From NCBI GenBank assembly GCA_012295275.1, contig CM022675.1, forward strand, positions 806,001 through 870,000: 64,000 nucleotides of DNA, written 5' to 3'. Source of the stretch: Chrysomallon squamiferum. Lineage: Eukaryota > Animalia > Mollusca. The notes beneath the pieces were generated by a model that was not told where the DNA came from, did not search any database, and saw only the letters and a list, made by a program, of their open reading frames with translations. This document shows positions 14,400 through 25,823 of the stretch, piece after piece. A program made the position numbers and the translations under genes. Within the stretch, counting starts at the first letter, position 1. Each line of letters opens with the position of its first letter.

Positions 14400-17185
14400 C
14401 TACAGCTGTTGGGTCATAGATGACATGGAATTTCCTCTGCAGAACTTGTTTTGCTGTTTCTAGTTTTGCTATTTTTTTATTTGGACCTTGCCCAACAAAT
14501 TCCTCCCCATCAACCTCAACTGATATCTGAAACAGATAGATTAAAACAAATATTTCATATACAGATGATTTAACAATGATATCTGAAACAGATAGATTAA
14601 AACAAATATTTCATATATAGATGATTTAACAATGATATCTGAAACAGATAGATTAAAACAAATATTTCATATACAGATGATTTGACAATGATATCTGAAA
14701 CAGACAGATTAAAACAAATATTTCATATATAGATGATTTGACAATGATATCTGAAACAGATAGATTAAAACAAATATTTCATATATAGATGATTTAACAA
14801 TGATATCTGAAACAGATAGATTAAAACAAATATTTCATATATCTGAAACAGATAGATTAAAACAAATATTTCATATATAGATGATTAAACAATGATATCT
14901 GAAACAGATTAAAACAAATATTTCATATACAGATGATTTAACAATGATATCTGAAACAGATTAAAACAAATATTTCATATATAGATGATTTAACAATGAT
15001 ATCTGAAACAGACAGATTAAAACAAATATTTCATATATAGATGATTTAACAATGATATCTGAAACAGACAGATTAAAACAAATATTTCATATATAGATGA
15101 TTTGACAATGATATCTGAAACAGACAGATTAAAACAAATATTTCATATACAGATGATTTAACAATGATATCTGAAACAGACAGATTAAAACAAATATTTC
15201 ATATACAGATGATTTGACAATGATATCTGAAACAGACAGATTAAAACAAATATTTCATATACAGATGATTTAACAATGATATCTGAAACAATGTGTTATA
15301 GAGAGATAATTTTACACTAATATCTGTTATATACATAGATAATTTAACACTAATATATAAATATAAACATAAAGAATTTAACACTAATATATAAATATGT
15401 TATATATATAAAAATAATTTCTAAATATATAATATAATGTTATTTTTCTCTTTGCCATGAAGATGATCAATGACTGAATGTTTCAGACCAGAGTTAGTCA
15501 CACAAACTTGAAACATTTTTTTAATAATGTAAAAATTATAATTTATCACAAATGTTTTCTACTTTTCAAGAATATGAACATGCTTTAGACTTCAGGACAG
15601 ACAAAAACAAACCTAGAAACATTTTTTTAAATAATGTAAACATTATAATTTATCACTAATGTTTTCTAATTGAAAAGAATATGAACATGCTTCAGATTTC
15701 TGGACAAACAAACACAAAACAGATTTTTAATCACATAAAAATTACAATTTATCTCAAATGTTTTCTCCTTGGCAGGAATACAATTATGATGAATATGTTT
15801 TATACTTTTGGACACATGAACACAAACATGAAACATATTTTTAATAATGTAAAGATTATCTCAAAATATTTTATTCATTACTATGAATTTGATTATGAAT
15901 ATTCAAACTTACAGTATCACAAACTGAAGAATATTTTTAACAACGTAAATATCTTGATTTACCTCAAACACTTTTTCTTTGCCTTGTCCTTTTTCGGCTT
16001 TGAGTTCATACTTCAAACCAGATCGCAGTTCATTCAGATGCATTGCAGGATGCTTTGAGCTGTAAGTATACACTGTGCTGTCACTGCCATGATTCAAAGA
16101 ATCATTATTTTCATCAGCAGTTTCATCTGACATAGTTGTCTCCCCTGAAGAGTTCTCCTTTCTGCCTGAGTCTAACACGCTTTCCAAATCGGCAGGGGTT
16201 TGCCAATAGCCTGCTGAAGAATAAAGAAAGCTTAATTAACATGTTTTATTATTGTTGTTGTTGATGTTGATGATATTATTTGTGTGTATGTTGTAAACAC
16301 AAGCATAAAAGCAGCTATAGTTAGTTACCTGTTCAAACAAAAAAAAAATTATTATCCAGCCACATAAATTTTTAAAAAAAAAAAACAAAATTTAAAAGAA
16401 AAAAGATAAAAACCCATCTTACCCCAGTTTCAGATTTGTTAAAGTTGATCAAATGTACACAAAATAATGATAAAATAAAATATAAATAAACTCAAAAATG
16501 ATGACTATATAAGAGGGAGTTGGGTGGGGTTTTTAGGGTAGTCACAGATTTTTTTGATTTTTTTTTTTTTTTGCTCTCATCAACCATGAACATTATAATA
16601 CAGAAAAATAAAATAGTAAAAAGATAACAAAAAAACCCCATCAAACTTACTAATGACAGGTGTGGTCATAATAATAAATAGCATCCAATTTATAATAATT
16701 CTAAAATTCACCTTCACTTTAATAATAAAATCAGAGAAAGTTATATATTTTAAAACCAGACATTTTTACATTTGTGGAACTGAAACACTACAACATTTTT
16801 CTATAATAATAATAATATGGGGATATGAGTCAAAATTAAATTTGATAAAACATAACTGATTCATCAACAAAATCTGGTTATCAAAGTTTAACAGTCATGA
16901 AACTCTTAATGCTTCATCTAACCAACTGGCTTACAAACAAAAATATTAATTAAGATAATTAATAAATAAATAATTACCATTTTCTTAACCCACAGCAATT
17001 ATATGTGAAGACAATTAACTAACAAGTAATCTTATGTACATGAAGTCAGTTGCAGGTAAAGATATTTGACAATTCATTAATTGAAAAGACAAAAATAAGC
17101 AAACACTGCTGATGATAACAATTATAATGATACTGATGATATTGATTATGATAATAATGATAATGTCAAAAACAATCATCCTCAC

Positions 17186-17223
<38 letters not shown>

Positions 17224-19514
17224 CAATAATAATAATAATAGTAAATATAATAGTAAAAATAATAATAATAATAATAATAATAATTAAAAACTATTATTAT
17301 TATTATTATTTAATAATATATAAATTCCAGTAGCACTTCCAGCTGACTCAGATACACTGACAAACAGAATTTATAATATTTATTTTTTTATTTGTCAGTA
17401 TTTCACAAATCAGACTGTTTGAGCATACAAAATGGAATTTTAATTTAATTTTTTTTTTTTTACAAAGTGACTGTTAGAAGGGCAGACTGCATGTTCTTCA
17501 CTGTGGCTATCTCTTCTCAGTCACAAGACAGACACCAGACAGACAGGTGGACTTCTTTGGCTGACAAAAATAGCAAATGGAACTCACAATCTGCTTGAGA
17601 GAATAAAAAAAAAAAATACCACTCTGGATTTTCTTACCACAACATGTTGCCAAAGTTCCCGCCAACCAACTATGGTGCCAAAGATTTAAATATTTCAATG
17701 AACCTGAGGACCTTTTGGGAAAAAAAGGAATTATCTGTAAGTGTTTTGTACGATTTAAATACAAACAGCAAAACATCAGAAGCTTTCCCCAAGTATGATT
17801 TTAATGATATATTGAAGTCAAATTTCAGCAAACATTAAATAAACACTTAAAATATACCCATAATGGTATGAACATAAAGACTTTTTTTTTTCTTGCAAGT
17901 GATTACTTTATTATTTGTAAAGGTTCAGAAATAAACCAATCACTTGGACCATATGTTCATACCAAGACAAGTATGTTTTAATTATAATTTAATGTTTATT
18001 GTCATCAAAGTGAAAAAAATCAAATTTAAACTATGGTAAAGTCTAAAATAATTCCAATGAAAAGGCTAAAATAATTCTGCATACCTCTGTAGTTTATAAA
18101 ATCCAATCTATTTTAATAATTGACAAACTTTATTATTAGAAAAGAAATGGTGTCCACATATATAAAAATTTCTTCTCAGTATGAAATCAAGAGATATATT
18201 TAGGTTATTTGGTTGCACTATTGTTAGTACACATTTAATAAAAAAATATTAAAAAAATATTTAAAAAAAGGGAAAAGTCTACAAGAAGAAGTTAATGATC
18301 AAAAAGCAAACATACTTGTTATTCATAAACATAATTTAAAGAATTTACACTTTATTGTTATGTGTAACACCAATACAAATCATTAACAAATTCAAAAAAC
18401 AAATACACCAATTAATCATAATCATAATTCTAGAAATTTACAGTTATATCACTACATATAACCACAAAATATTACTATCTTGAAACAAACAATGACACTA
18501 TTACAAAGCTCTCCAACAGATCAGAAGTATAAGGGTTTGATATATACATGTCCATGCTCCTCAGTTTCTTTATAAAAAATAAATAAATTTTAAATTATAT
18601 TATATTGACCATAACAAAGCAATAATCATGATAAGAGTGAAAATGTTAAAAGGAATAGTAATTTAGTCACAGATTTTTATTTATTTATATATTTATTTTA
18701 TTTTATTTTATTTATTAATAGAAATTTTTGACATATGACAAGAATAACATTAGTATTAAAAATTGTTATTATCACATGAAAATTGCAATATATATATATA
18801 TACTAATTATTTATTATCAACAACAAAAAAGACATGATGATTGATATAATTTCATATAATCTATGATGCCAAGTGGTATTATACACTTAAAAATAAAATA
18901 AAATAAAAATCTTTAAACATTTTCATAAAGCACAGTCAAGCAAGCAGACGTGTATTTATAAATTCTACAATTGTTAAATATTTAATCTTAATTTTCTGTT
19001 ATTGTTATTGTTTTTAAGAGTGCAATTGTAAATTAAATTTGAACATTTTAATTGAATTTACAGGTTGTAACAGACTTTTTACTAAGTAACATTTGTATAT
19101 TTTCAGTTTAACCTGACATAGTCATGGATGATTAAACTTGTAACAACAATTATTGTATTACAGTTTTACGTCTGCCATGCTAAAAAAAAATTAAAAATTA
19201 AAAGTTAATAATAATACTAAATAAAAGCATGGTATTTCGGACTGATTTATAGTCCTTACAGAAATTCGATTTTTAAACTATGGTAAACACCGAACCGGCT
19301 GCAGAGAAGCATTGTAAACACAAGTCAGGTTGAAAACAGAAACCAGAAACTGAGAACGCGGTTTTATCTTGTCATTTCTCGTCCACATCGGTTTCTGATC
19401 ATTAGCCGATTAGGGCTGACGAGTTCGTCAATAAACTTATATTTTTCAACTACCGACATTTTTGATACCTTCTTCGATGGCTGGTGCAGGATTAATAACT
19501 TCCGATTCTTCCAT
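14400..19514 (-). CDS. dsRNA-binding-domain protein, ADAR2/ADAD-like (5' exons only; deaminase domain not seen in window)
   Basis: Exon 19514-19469 encodes MEESEVINPAPAIEE with donor G|GTATCA (phase 1). Exon 16213 (or 16210)-15963 has acceptor tcttcagcag and donor GAG|GTAAAT (phase 0). Exon 14526-14400 has acceptor tgtttcag and donor G|GTAAGT. The spliced product contains SKHPAMHLNELRSGLKYELKAEKGQGKEKVFE|ISVEVDGEEFVGQGPNKKIAKLETAKQVLQRKF, matching the ADAR2 dsRBD pattern (KNPVMILNELRPGLKY...VDGQFFEGSGRNKKLAK). The first exon is less certain than the two dsRBD exons. Confidence 0.8.
14521..15290. repeat. 56-bp tandem repeat containing the 3' splice site of dsRBD exon 3
   Basis: About 14 units of TGATATCTGAAACAGATAGATTAAAACAAATATTTCATATACAGATGATTTAACAA. 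The first unit overlaps the exon start at 14526. Confidence 0.95.
15500..15985. repeat. Old ~100-120 bp tandem repeat spanning the donor of dsRBD exon 2
   Basis: About 5 diverged copies of TTTTTAA(T/C)AA(T/C)GTAAA...ATTTA(T/C)C(T/A)CAAA..TTTT. The last copy includes the exon end at 15963. Confidence 0.7.
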
Positions 19515-19678
19515 AATTTTCTTGCAAGGTAAACTCGCAAGTTCTTCGAAACAAGATGCTTTCACAGTTTTTGTACTGTGTTTTCTTTTCACCGGCTATA
19601 AAAGTATTATCTATGCAACTGCTTATTATTTATTTATTTATTCATTTATTTATTTATTTAATAAAAATAATGATGATA

Positions 19679-19718
<40 letters not shown>

Positions 19719-20551
19719 TCTTCGCGAACCCTGTATTCAAATGTTATCGTTCTATAAATATAAACGTACACACACCCAAACGTCATATGTATACACAAGC
19801 ATACGCCTCGATATACACAGTAGTTAAGCGGTTACACACTATTATTAATTTATATACAAACACAGATACACGTGCACATATACACGTCACAAATTTATAA
19901 TGCTTATTTATATTCTTATTTATTTATTTTTGTTTTTGTTTTTTGTTGTTGTTGTTGTCTTTCATCTTCTTAAGATGTAAATTTACGCTTCTTTTAGTTC
20001 TTCTGTGCTAGCATTTGTATTTGTATTTTAATATTAACAGTCTGCATTACTCTAATAGCATTTCCATAATTAATAATTTATGAACAGATTACATGAGTAG
20101 TTTTCTTCTAAAATATGTCACTTATTAAAGTATTAGTACACTCGATTAAATATGTTTGGAACACATTTTTATTAGGAACACTTTTTTAATAATGTTTTTA
20201 AACAATATTCGGAGCATTATGTTGGAAATATATATTAGATTTTAATTGATAATTGTGTCAACGGACGTTCAACAAAAACTGAAATCGTGTGTATAGAATG
20301 TAATATAAATTAACAAACGTGTTTCTCTTGACGCAGGCGCTATTGAATTTCCGGAACGAGTGAGCTTCCTGTGGAACGAAAGTGTTTCGTTTGAAAAACA
20401 TTAAATGCAAACATAAATGCAGTTTTAAATAATAAATACTTTGATTCTGACAATTAATGGAAAAATACATAATTGTTCGGCATTTTTCTACACTGCATGT
20501 AATTTAATAGATAATTTAGTTGTTCAGAGACAATTTTTTAAAATTTAAAAA
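19515..20551. promoter_or_regulatory. Putative bidirectional promoter between the dsRBD gene and DDX23
   Basis: The divergent start codons are about 1 kb apart. CpG-retaining patch at about 20260-20390 with TGACGCA (20329-20335, CRE-like) and palindromic TTCCGGAA (20349-20356, ETS-like). Confidence 0.6.
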
Positions 20552-22912
20552 ATGGAAGTTGATGATTCGAAGGACCGGGATCGAGACAGACATCCACGCG
20601 ACACGTCAAGAAGAAAAGAAAAATCTCCAAAACGAGAGAAGCATAAATCACGGCATAGATCTAAAAGTAAGGAAAGAAAACGCAGCAAAAGCAAAGAACG
20701 TGAGGTGAGAAGAAGTCGCAGTCACGAACGCCGAAAAAGCAGAAGCAGGAGTAGAGATCGTGAGAAAAGAAAAAGACGAGACAGATCTAAAGACAGGGAC
20801 AAGAAATATAGAGATGACAAAAGGAAATTTAAATCTGAAGACGAACAGGACAATGAAAAATCCAAAAAGATGCCGTTATCACTGGAAGAATTGTTGGCCA
20901 AAAAGAAAGCAGAGGAAGAAGCACTGAGTAAACCAAAATTTCTCACAAAAGCTGAAAGAGTTGCTCAAGCTTTGGAAAAACGACAGAAAGAAGTTGAAGA
21001 ACAAAGAAGAAAAATTGAAGAAGAACAGAAGAGACAGGCAGAATTTCTAAAACATGGAAGACAGGCAAATGATGATATGAGAGATAAGAGGGATTCAAGG
21101 AGGGATTATTACAGGAGAGAAAAGGATGATCCACAGAATGATGATCGGTCAAAAGTACGTTTGGATAAGGATAAAGAGAAGGAAATAGATGCAATTCGTG
21201 AACGATATTTAGGAATGGTGAAAAGGAAGAAACGAATTCGTCGTCTGAACGACAGAAAGTTTGTGTTTGACTGGGATGCAGGAGACGACACCTCGACTGA
21301 TTACAACCAGCTGTACAAAGAACGGCATTCTGTTCAGTTCTTTGGAAGGGGGCACATAGCTGGAATTGACATCAAAGCACAAAAAAAGGACCAGTCTAAA
21401 TTTTATGGAGATTTGCTTGAAAAACGAAGAACTGATGGAGAGAAAGAGCAGGAAAAGAAAAGATTGAAAAATGTGGCAAAGAAAGAAGCCAAACAACGAT
21501 TCGATGACCGGCATTGGTCAGAAAAAGATCATGAAAACATGACAGAGAGGGACTGGAGGATATTCAGGGAAGATTACAACATCAGCTGCAAGGGAGGTAA
21601 AATCCCACCACCCCTGAGAACCTGGAAGGATCCATGCATTCCACAAGACATTCGTGAAGTGATAGAAAGTGTAGGTTACAAAGAACCCACTCCAATTCAG
21701 ATGCAGGCCATTCCTATTGGTCTTCAGAACCGTGACATCATCGGTGTTGCAGAGACTGGCAGTGGTAAGACAGCAGCTTTCTTGATTCCTTTGTTAGTCT
21801 GGATCCAGTCACTGCCAAAGATTGTCAGAATTGAGGATGCCGACCAGGGACCCTATGCAATCATCTTGGCACCTACGCGAGAACTTGCACAACAGATAGA
21901 AGAAGAATCGACCAAATTTGGTAAAAGTTTAGGAATCCGAACGGTGACTATTATTGGTGGAATTTCTCGAGAAGACCAAGGTTTCAAACTGAGGATGGGA
22001 TGTGAGATAGTCATAGCCACTCCTGGTCGTATGATTGATGTGCTGGAAAACCGTTACCTGGTTCTCAGTCAGTGTACCTACGTCGTCATGGACGAAGCTG
22101 ACAGAATGATTGACATGGGTTTCGAGCCAGAGGTGAGAAAGATTCTAGAGTATCTACCGGTGTCCAACCAGAAACCAGACACAGAGGATGCCGAAGATGA
22201 CGAGAAAATGTTACAGAACTTCAACACAAAGCACAAATACAGACAGACAGTCATGTTTACAGCCACCATGCCACCTGCGGTTGAAAGACTTGCCAGGACA
22301 TTTCTACGACGACCAACTGTCGTTTACATTGGTAACATAGGTAAGCCGGTCGACCGGGTGGAACAGATGGTGTACATGGTGACGGAGCAGCAGAAGAGAA
22401 AGAAATTACTGGAAATTCTCAACCGCGGAGTCGAACCTCCCATCATCATCTTCGTCAACCAGAAGAAAGGAGCAGACATTCTGGCCAAGTCGCTGGAGAA
22501 GATGGGCTTCAATGCTACAACGCTTCACGGTGGGAAAGGACAGGAACAGAGAGAATTTGCGCTGGCTAGTTTGAAGGGAGGGTCAAAGGAAATCCTCGTT
22601 GCTACAGACGTTGCTGGACGTGGTATTGACATCAAGGACGTGTCGCTGGTCATCAACTACGACATGGCAAAGACTATTGAGGACTACACGCACAGGATTG
22701 GACGTACCGGGCGAGCGGGAAAGACTGGAATGGCCATGTCACTTCTGACCCAGGACGACTCCAACCTCTTCTACGAACTCAAACAGTTGATTGTGGCGAG
22801 TCCAATATCAACTTGTCCTCCCGAGCTGGCCAATCACCCCGAAGCACAGCACAAACCTGGAACCATTGTGCAGAAGAAACGAAAGGATGAAACACTGTTT
22901 ATTAATAAGTAG
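20552..22912 (+). CDS. DDX23: DEAD-box RNA helicase DDX23/PRP28 (U5 snRNP 100 kDa), 786 aa, CDS without introns
   Basis: Uninterrupted ORF. N-terminal RS/RE domain followed by PRP28-specific segments ([51 protein letters not shown]). Helicase motifs: Q motif [36 protein letters not shown]. The C-terminal [16 protein letters not shown] is typical of DDX23. Confidence 0.98.
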   Translation: MEVDDSKDRDRDRHPRDTSRRKEKSPKREKHKSRHRSKSKERKRSKSKEREVRRSRSHERRKSRSRSRDREKRKRRDRSKDRDKKYRDDKRKFKSEDEQDNEKSKKMPLSLEELLAKKKAEEEALSKPKFLTKAERVAQALEKRQKEVEEQRRKIEEEQKRQAEFLKHGRQANDDMRDKRDSRRDYYRREKDDPQNDDRSKVRLDKDKEKEIDAIRERYLGMVKRKKRIRRLNDRKFVFDWDAGDDTSTDYNQLYKERHSVQFFGRGHIAGIDIKAQKKDQSKFYGDLLEKRRTDGEKEQEKKRLKNVAKKEAKQRFDDRHWSEKDHENMTERDWRIFREDYNISCKGGKIPPPLRTWKDPCIPQDIREVIESVGYKEPTPIQMQAIPIGLQNRDIIGVAETGSGKTAAFLIPLLVWIQSLPKIVRIEDADQGPYAIILAPTRELAQQIEEESTKFGKSLGIRTVTIIGGISREDQGFKLRMGCEIVIATPGRMIDVLENRYLVLSQCTYVVMDEADRMIDMGFEPEVRKILEYLPVSNQKPDTEDAEDDEKMLQNFNTKHKYRQTVMFTATMPPAVERLARTFLRRPTVVYIGNIGKPVDRVEQMVYMVTEQQKRKKLLEILNRGVEPPIIIFVNQKKGADILAKSLEKMGFNATTLHGGKGQEQREFALASLKGGSKEILVATDVAGRGIDIKDVSLVINYDMAKTIEDYTHRIGRTGRAGKTGMAMSLLTQDDSNLFYELKQLIVASPISTCPPELANHPEAQHKPGTIVQKKRKDETLFINK

Positions 22913-22984
22913 ATTTGAACCCAAAATTATGTAGTTGTATGAAAAACACCCTTAGGTTTATAATTTTATTACAGAGCAAAAAAA

Positions 22985-23235
22985 AAGATCTTTCATGTCT
23001 TAAATCTAACATTATGTAGTTGTATATTAAAAATTCTGTGTAGTATTAAGGAAAAAGTTCTTTCACATCTTAAATCTGAAATTATATAACTATTTAAAAA
23101 AAAAAAAATTATTTCAAAATAAGAAAATCTTTTGCATGTTAAATTTGAAATTATGTAGTGTTTAAAAAAAAAAATGTTTATTACTAAGTGGAAAAATCTT
23201 TTACATCTTAAATATGAAATTATGTTGCAATAAAA
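22985..23235. repeat. Degenerate tandem repeat in the DDX23 3' region
   Basis: Four copies of TCTTT.CA..T(C)TTAAATCTGAAATTATGTAG with a period of about 65-75 bp; a further copy lies near 23620. Confidence 0.7.
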
Positions 23236-25694
23236 AAATAAATATGTCTTTATTAATAAGTAATGTGATGTTTCATATCTTAAACAGTGATGTAAATGAG
23301 GATGTGTGTCCATGGGGATTCCATTCTTCTTTTTAGTTTTCGGTTTGTATCCAGTTTCTGTAATAGTGTGGAGTTAGAGATCTTTGTTTAACAAAGCAAT
23401 AGTGTAACTGGAAATATTTTATTATATGTCACTATCAAATATGTGTGAGTGAAAATACTTTATTACATATCACTATCAAATATCTGTAAATTTCAGACTA
23501 TTGTACCCTGTGAAAATCACCAAACCGAGATACTCTCTAAAACAGAGAATCTTCACTTCATCTCCTCACCCATTCTTCCAAACCACACCCTTACTACTAG
23601 TTACTAAAATCAACTGACCTTAAATCTGAAATGATGTAGTTGTATTAAAAATTGCTATTAAGTATTATTTGAAGTAATGTTTTACATCTAAAATGTAGTA
23701 TTTACATAGTTGCAGTCTGTGTGTAGGTGTTTGTGCATATATTCATATATGTATGTTCAAAACTATTATTACACAATCCCCAGTTTTACCTCTAGTATAT
23801 GAAGTTACATTACTAAATGATTTTTTGAAATGCTGTGTTTTGTTTGATGTATGATCAGAAATTATTTTTTTATATCTCAGAACTGGTTACTGAAAAGTTG
23901 TGTTTTTAAATAAATTGATGATAACTACCATTACATTAACATTTAGTGAAAAAATCTAAAAGACTAAAAAAAAGAAAAAAAAAATTGCCTTTGTTAAATA
24001 CATTAGAAAATGTAGACATATTCCAAACTGTTTGTAATTAATTATTTAAAAAGAAAATTGTTTTATGTGTTAATCACATGATAACGTATTGTGATTCTTG
24101 TTTGTTTTTTGTTTTTTTTATCACAGAATTTTTATTTTATGATACATAAAAATAAAAGATGTGTTGAATAAACAGTCAAAAATTTAGTTACATATCTAAA
24201 ATACAAGGAAGTGTATTTAATGTTTCTTTAAAACACAGCTGATGTAAAATACTGTATTGTATTAAGCATGTGAAAGTGAAAGTGTATTTGAATTATTGTA
24301 TGATGTAAATAAATGTTAATGTTATTCACTGGTTTGTTCTGTCTATACTGTAATCACATAGTAGCTCATCTCAGCTACTATGTACTCTCATTACTGACAG
24401 AATTCGAACATTTCATCAAAAGCTTTTGTGTACAAGGGAAGATAAAAGATGTTTTTTCAAATTGTAAATTAAAGTGAGTGGACATGCATTATTAAATAAA
24501 ACATTCCTCCCTTACAACTTCAGATCAAAGTCATTGACTGATTAAATGTTTCTTGTGAAAAAACTCGTTACATTAATGAGTTGTAAGACCGTGAACATTA
24601 CAAATTTTAAATTCTATCAGTATAAAAAAGTTCTATATTAACTGATCTCATTTTGAGAAAACAAACCCAAAGCAGCAACAATAGATGTTTTATTTAGCCT
24701 GTTCACTAGTGACTAGTCTGTTATCAGCTATTGGCATAACTCAGAACTGTTTGAAATGGATGTCTGAGCAGTGATTTGAAACACTGAAAATGTAACAGAT
24801 TTAATGAGCTGTAATCTTTTTGTTTGCTTGTTGACTATACGTCAAGACCAGTTGACTACACGTCAAGACCAGCAGTGACTATGAATGATACTGTTCTCTG
24901 CTGATCTCTTTTTGTGTCATACAGCTTCTTCTGGAGAGTAGTTTTAACTGTCCAGATAGTCTCTTTCAGCTGTTGTAGGTTTATTCAGTTTTGGACTAAA
25001 TCTAGTCATCTGTTTTGCTTCTCCATATGAGCATATAGGAGAAAATACCAGCCAGAATCTGTTAAGTAGTCTGTTGTTCCAGTCCTTGATGAGAAAATAA
25101 AGACTTGGAATAGACATTGCTAATGCATTGTGATAAGAACCTAATCACATTTGATTTAAAGAAGATAGCAAAGACATATCACTCAGTATGATTAACCACA
25201 CGATTTTTGATTTTCGCTGAAAGTTCGTATGCAGGCAACTTTGACTTCAAGCTGAAAGAGTAACCTTAATGATGGTAGAATTGGAATCTTTATCAAATTA
25301 GCTGTCAAGTCATGTGAGTTTCATCAACATGAACCCATTGGGGTAACGGGATCTAAACAGCGACTGTCGAAGATGCAGGGGATAAAACATTACTTTTTAG
25401 CGGGTGGGGTGATGTGATGGAATGACCCACATTCAGCCAGTGACTGATTGTGACACATTAGGAACCACTATGTTCTGGGTGCTGTCATCTTCGAGAATTC
25501 CTAAATCTCCATGACGACCATAACAGAGAGAAAGAGAGACACGTTGCTGAGATGTTACACAATGTGGTAAAGTATGTAACAGAAACGTTATGTGTAATAA
25601 TACATGCACAGATAGTGACTTCCATTACGTCATATCAAAACGTCAGCTTATGTCCTTTATTTGGTTTATATTAATAACTGGGCTTTTGTATCTC

Positions 25695-25728
<34 letters not shown>

Positions 25729-25823
25729 TAAAAACTGAAAACAAATATATATCTAAAGTACACTGAACTGAGAAGTTAAACACTATCTGAAGTGAAAAGA
25801 CTGATTCAGTATGTGTACGTCAT

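Noticed and set aside
14521-15290. CRISPR-like regular repeats (also 57550-57805)
   Set aside because: Head-to-tail units without unique spacers, in eukaryotic intronic context, with no cas genes.
20722-22512. Antisense ORFs within DDX23
   Set aside because: Shadow frames of a long coding sequence.
24830-25560. Higher-complexity segment between DDX23 and P4HA, with a 21-bp duplication (GTTGACTA.ACGTCAAGACCA)
   Set aside because: No ORF or recognisable RNA gene. It is probably a decayed retroelement fragment, but I cannot assign it.
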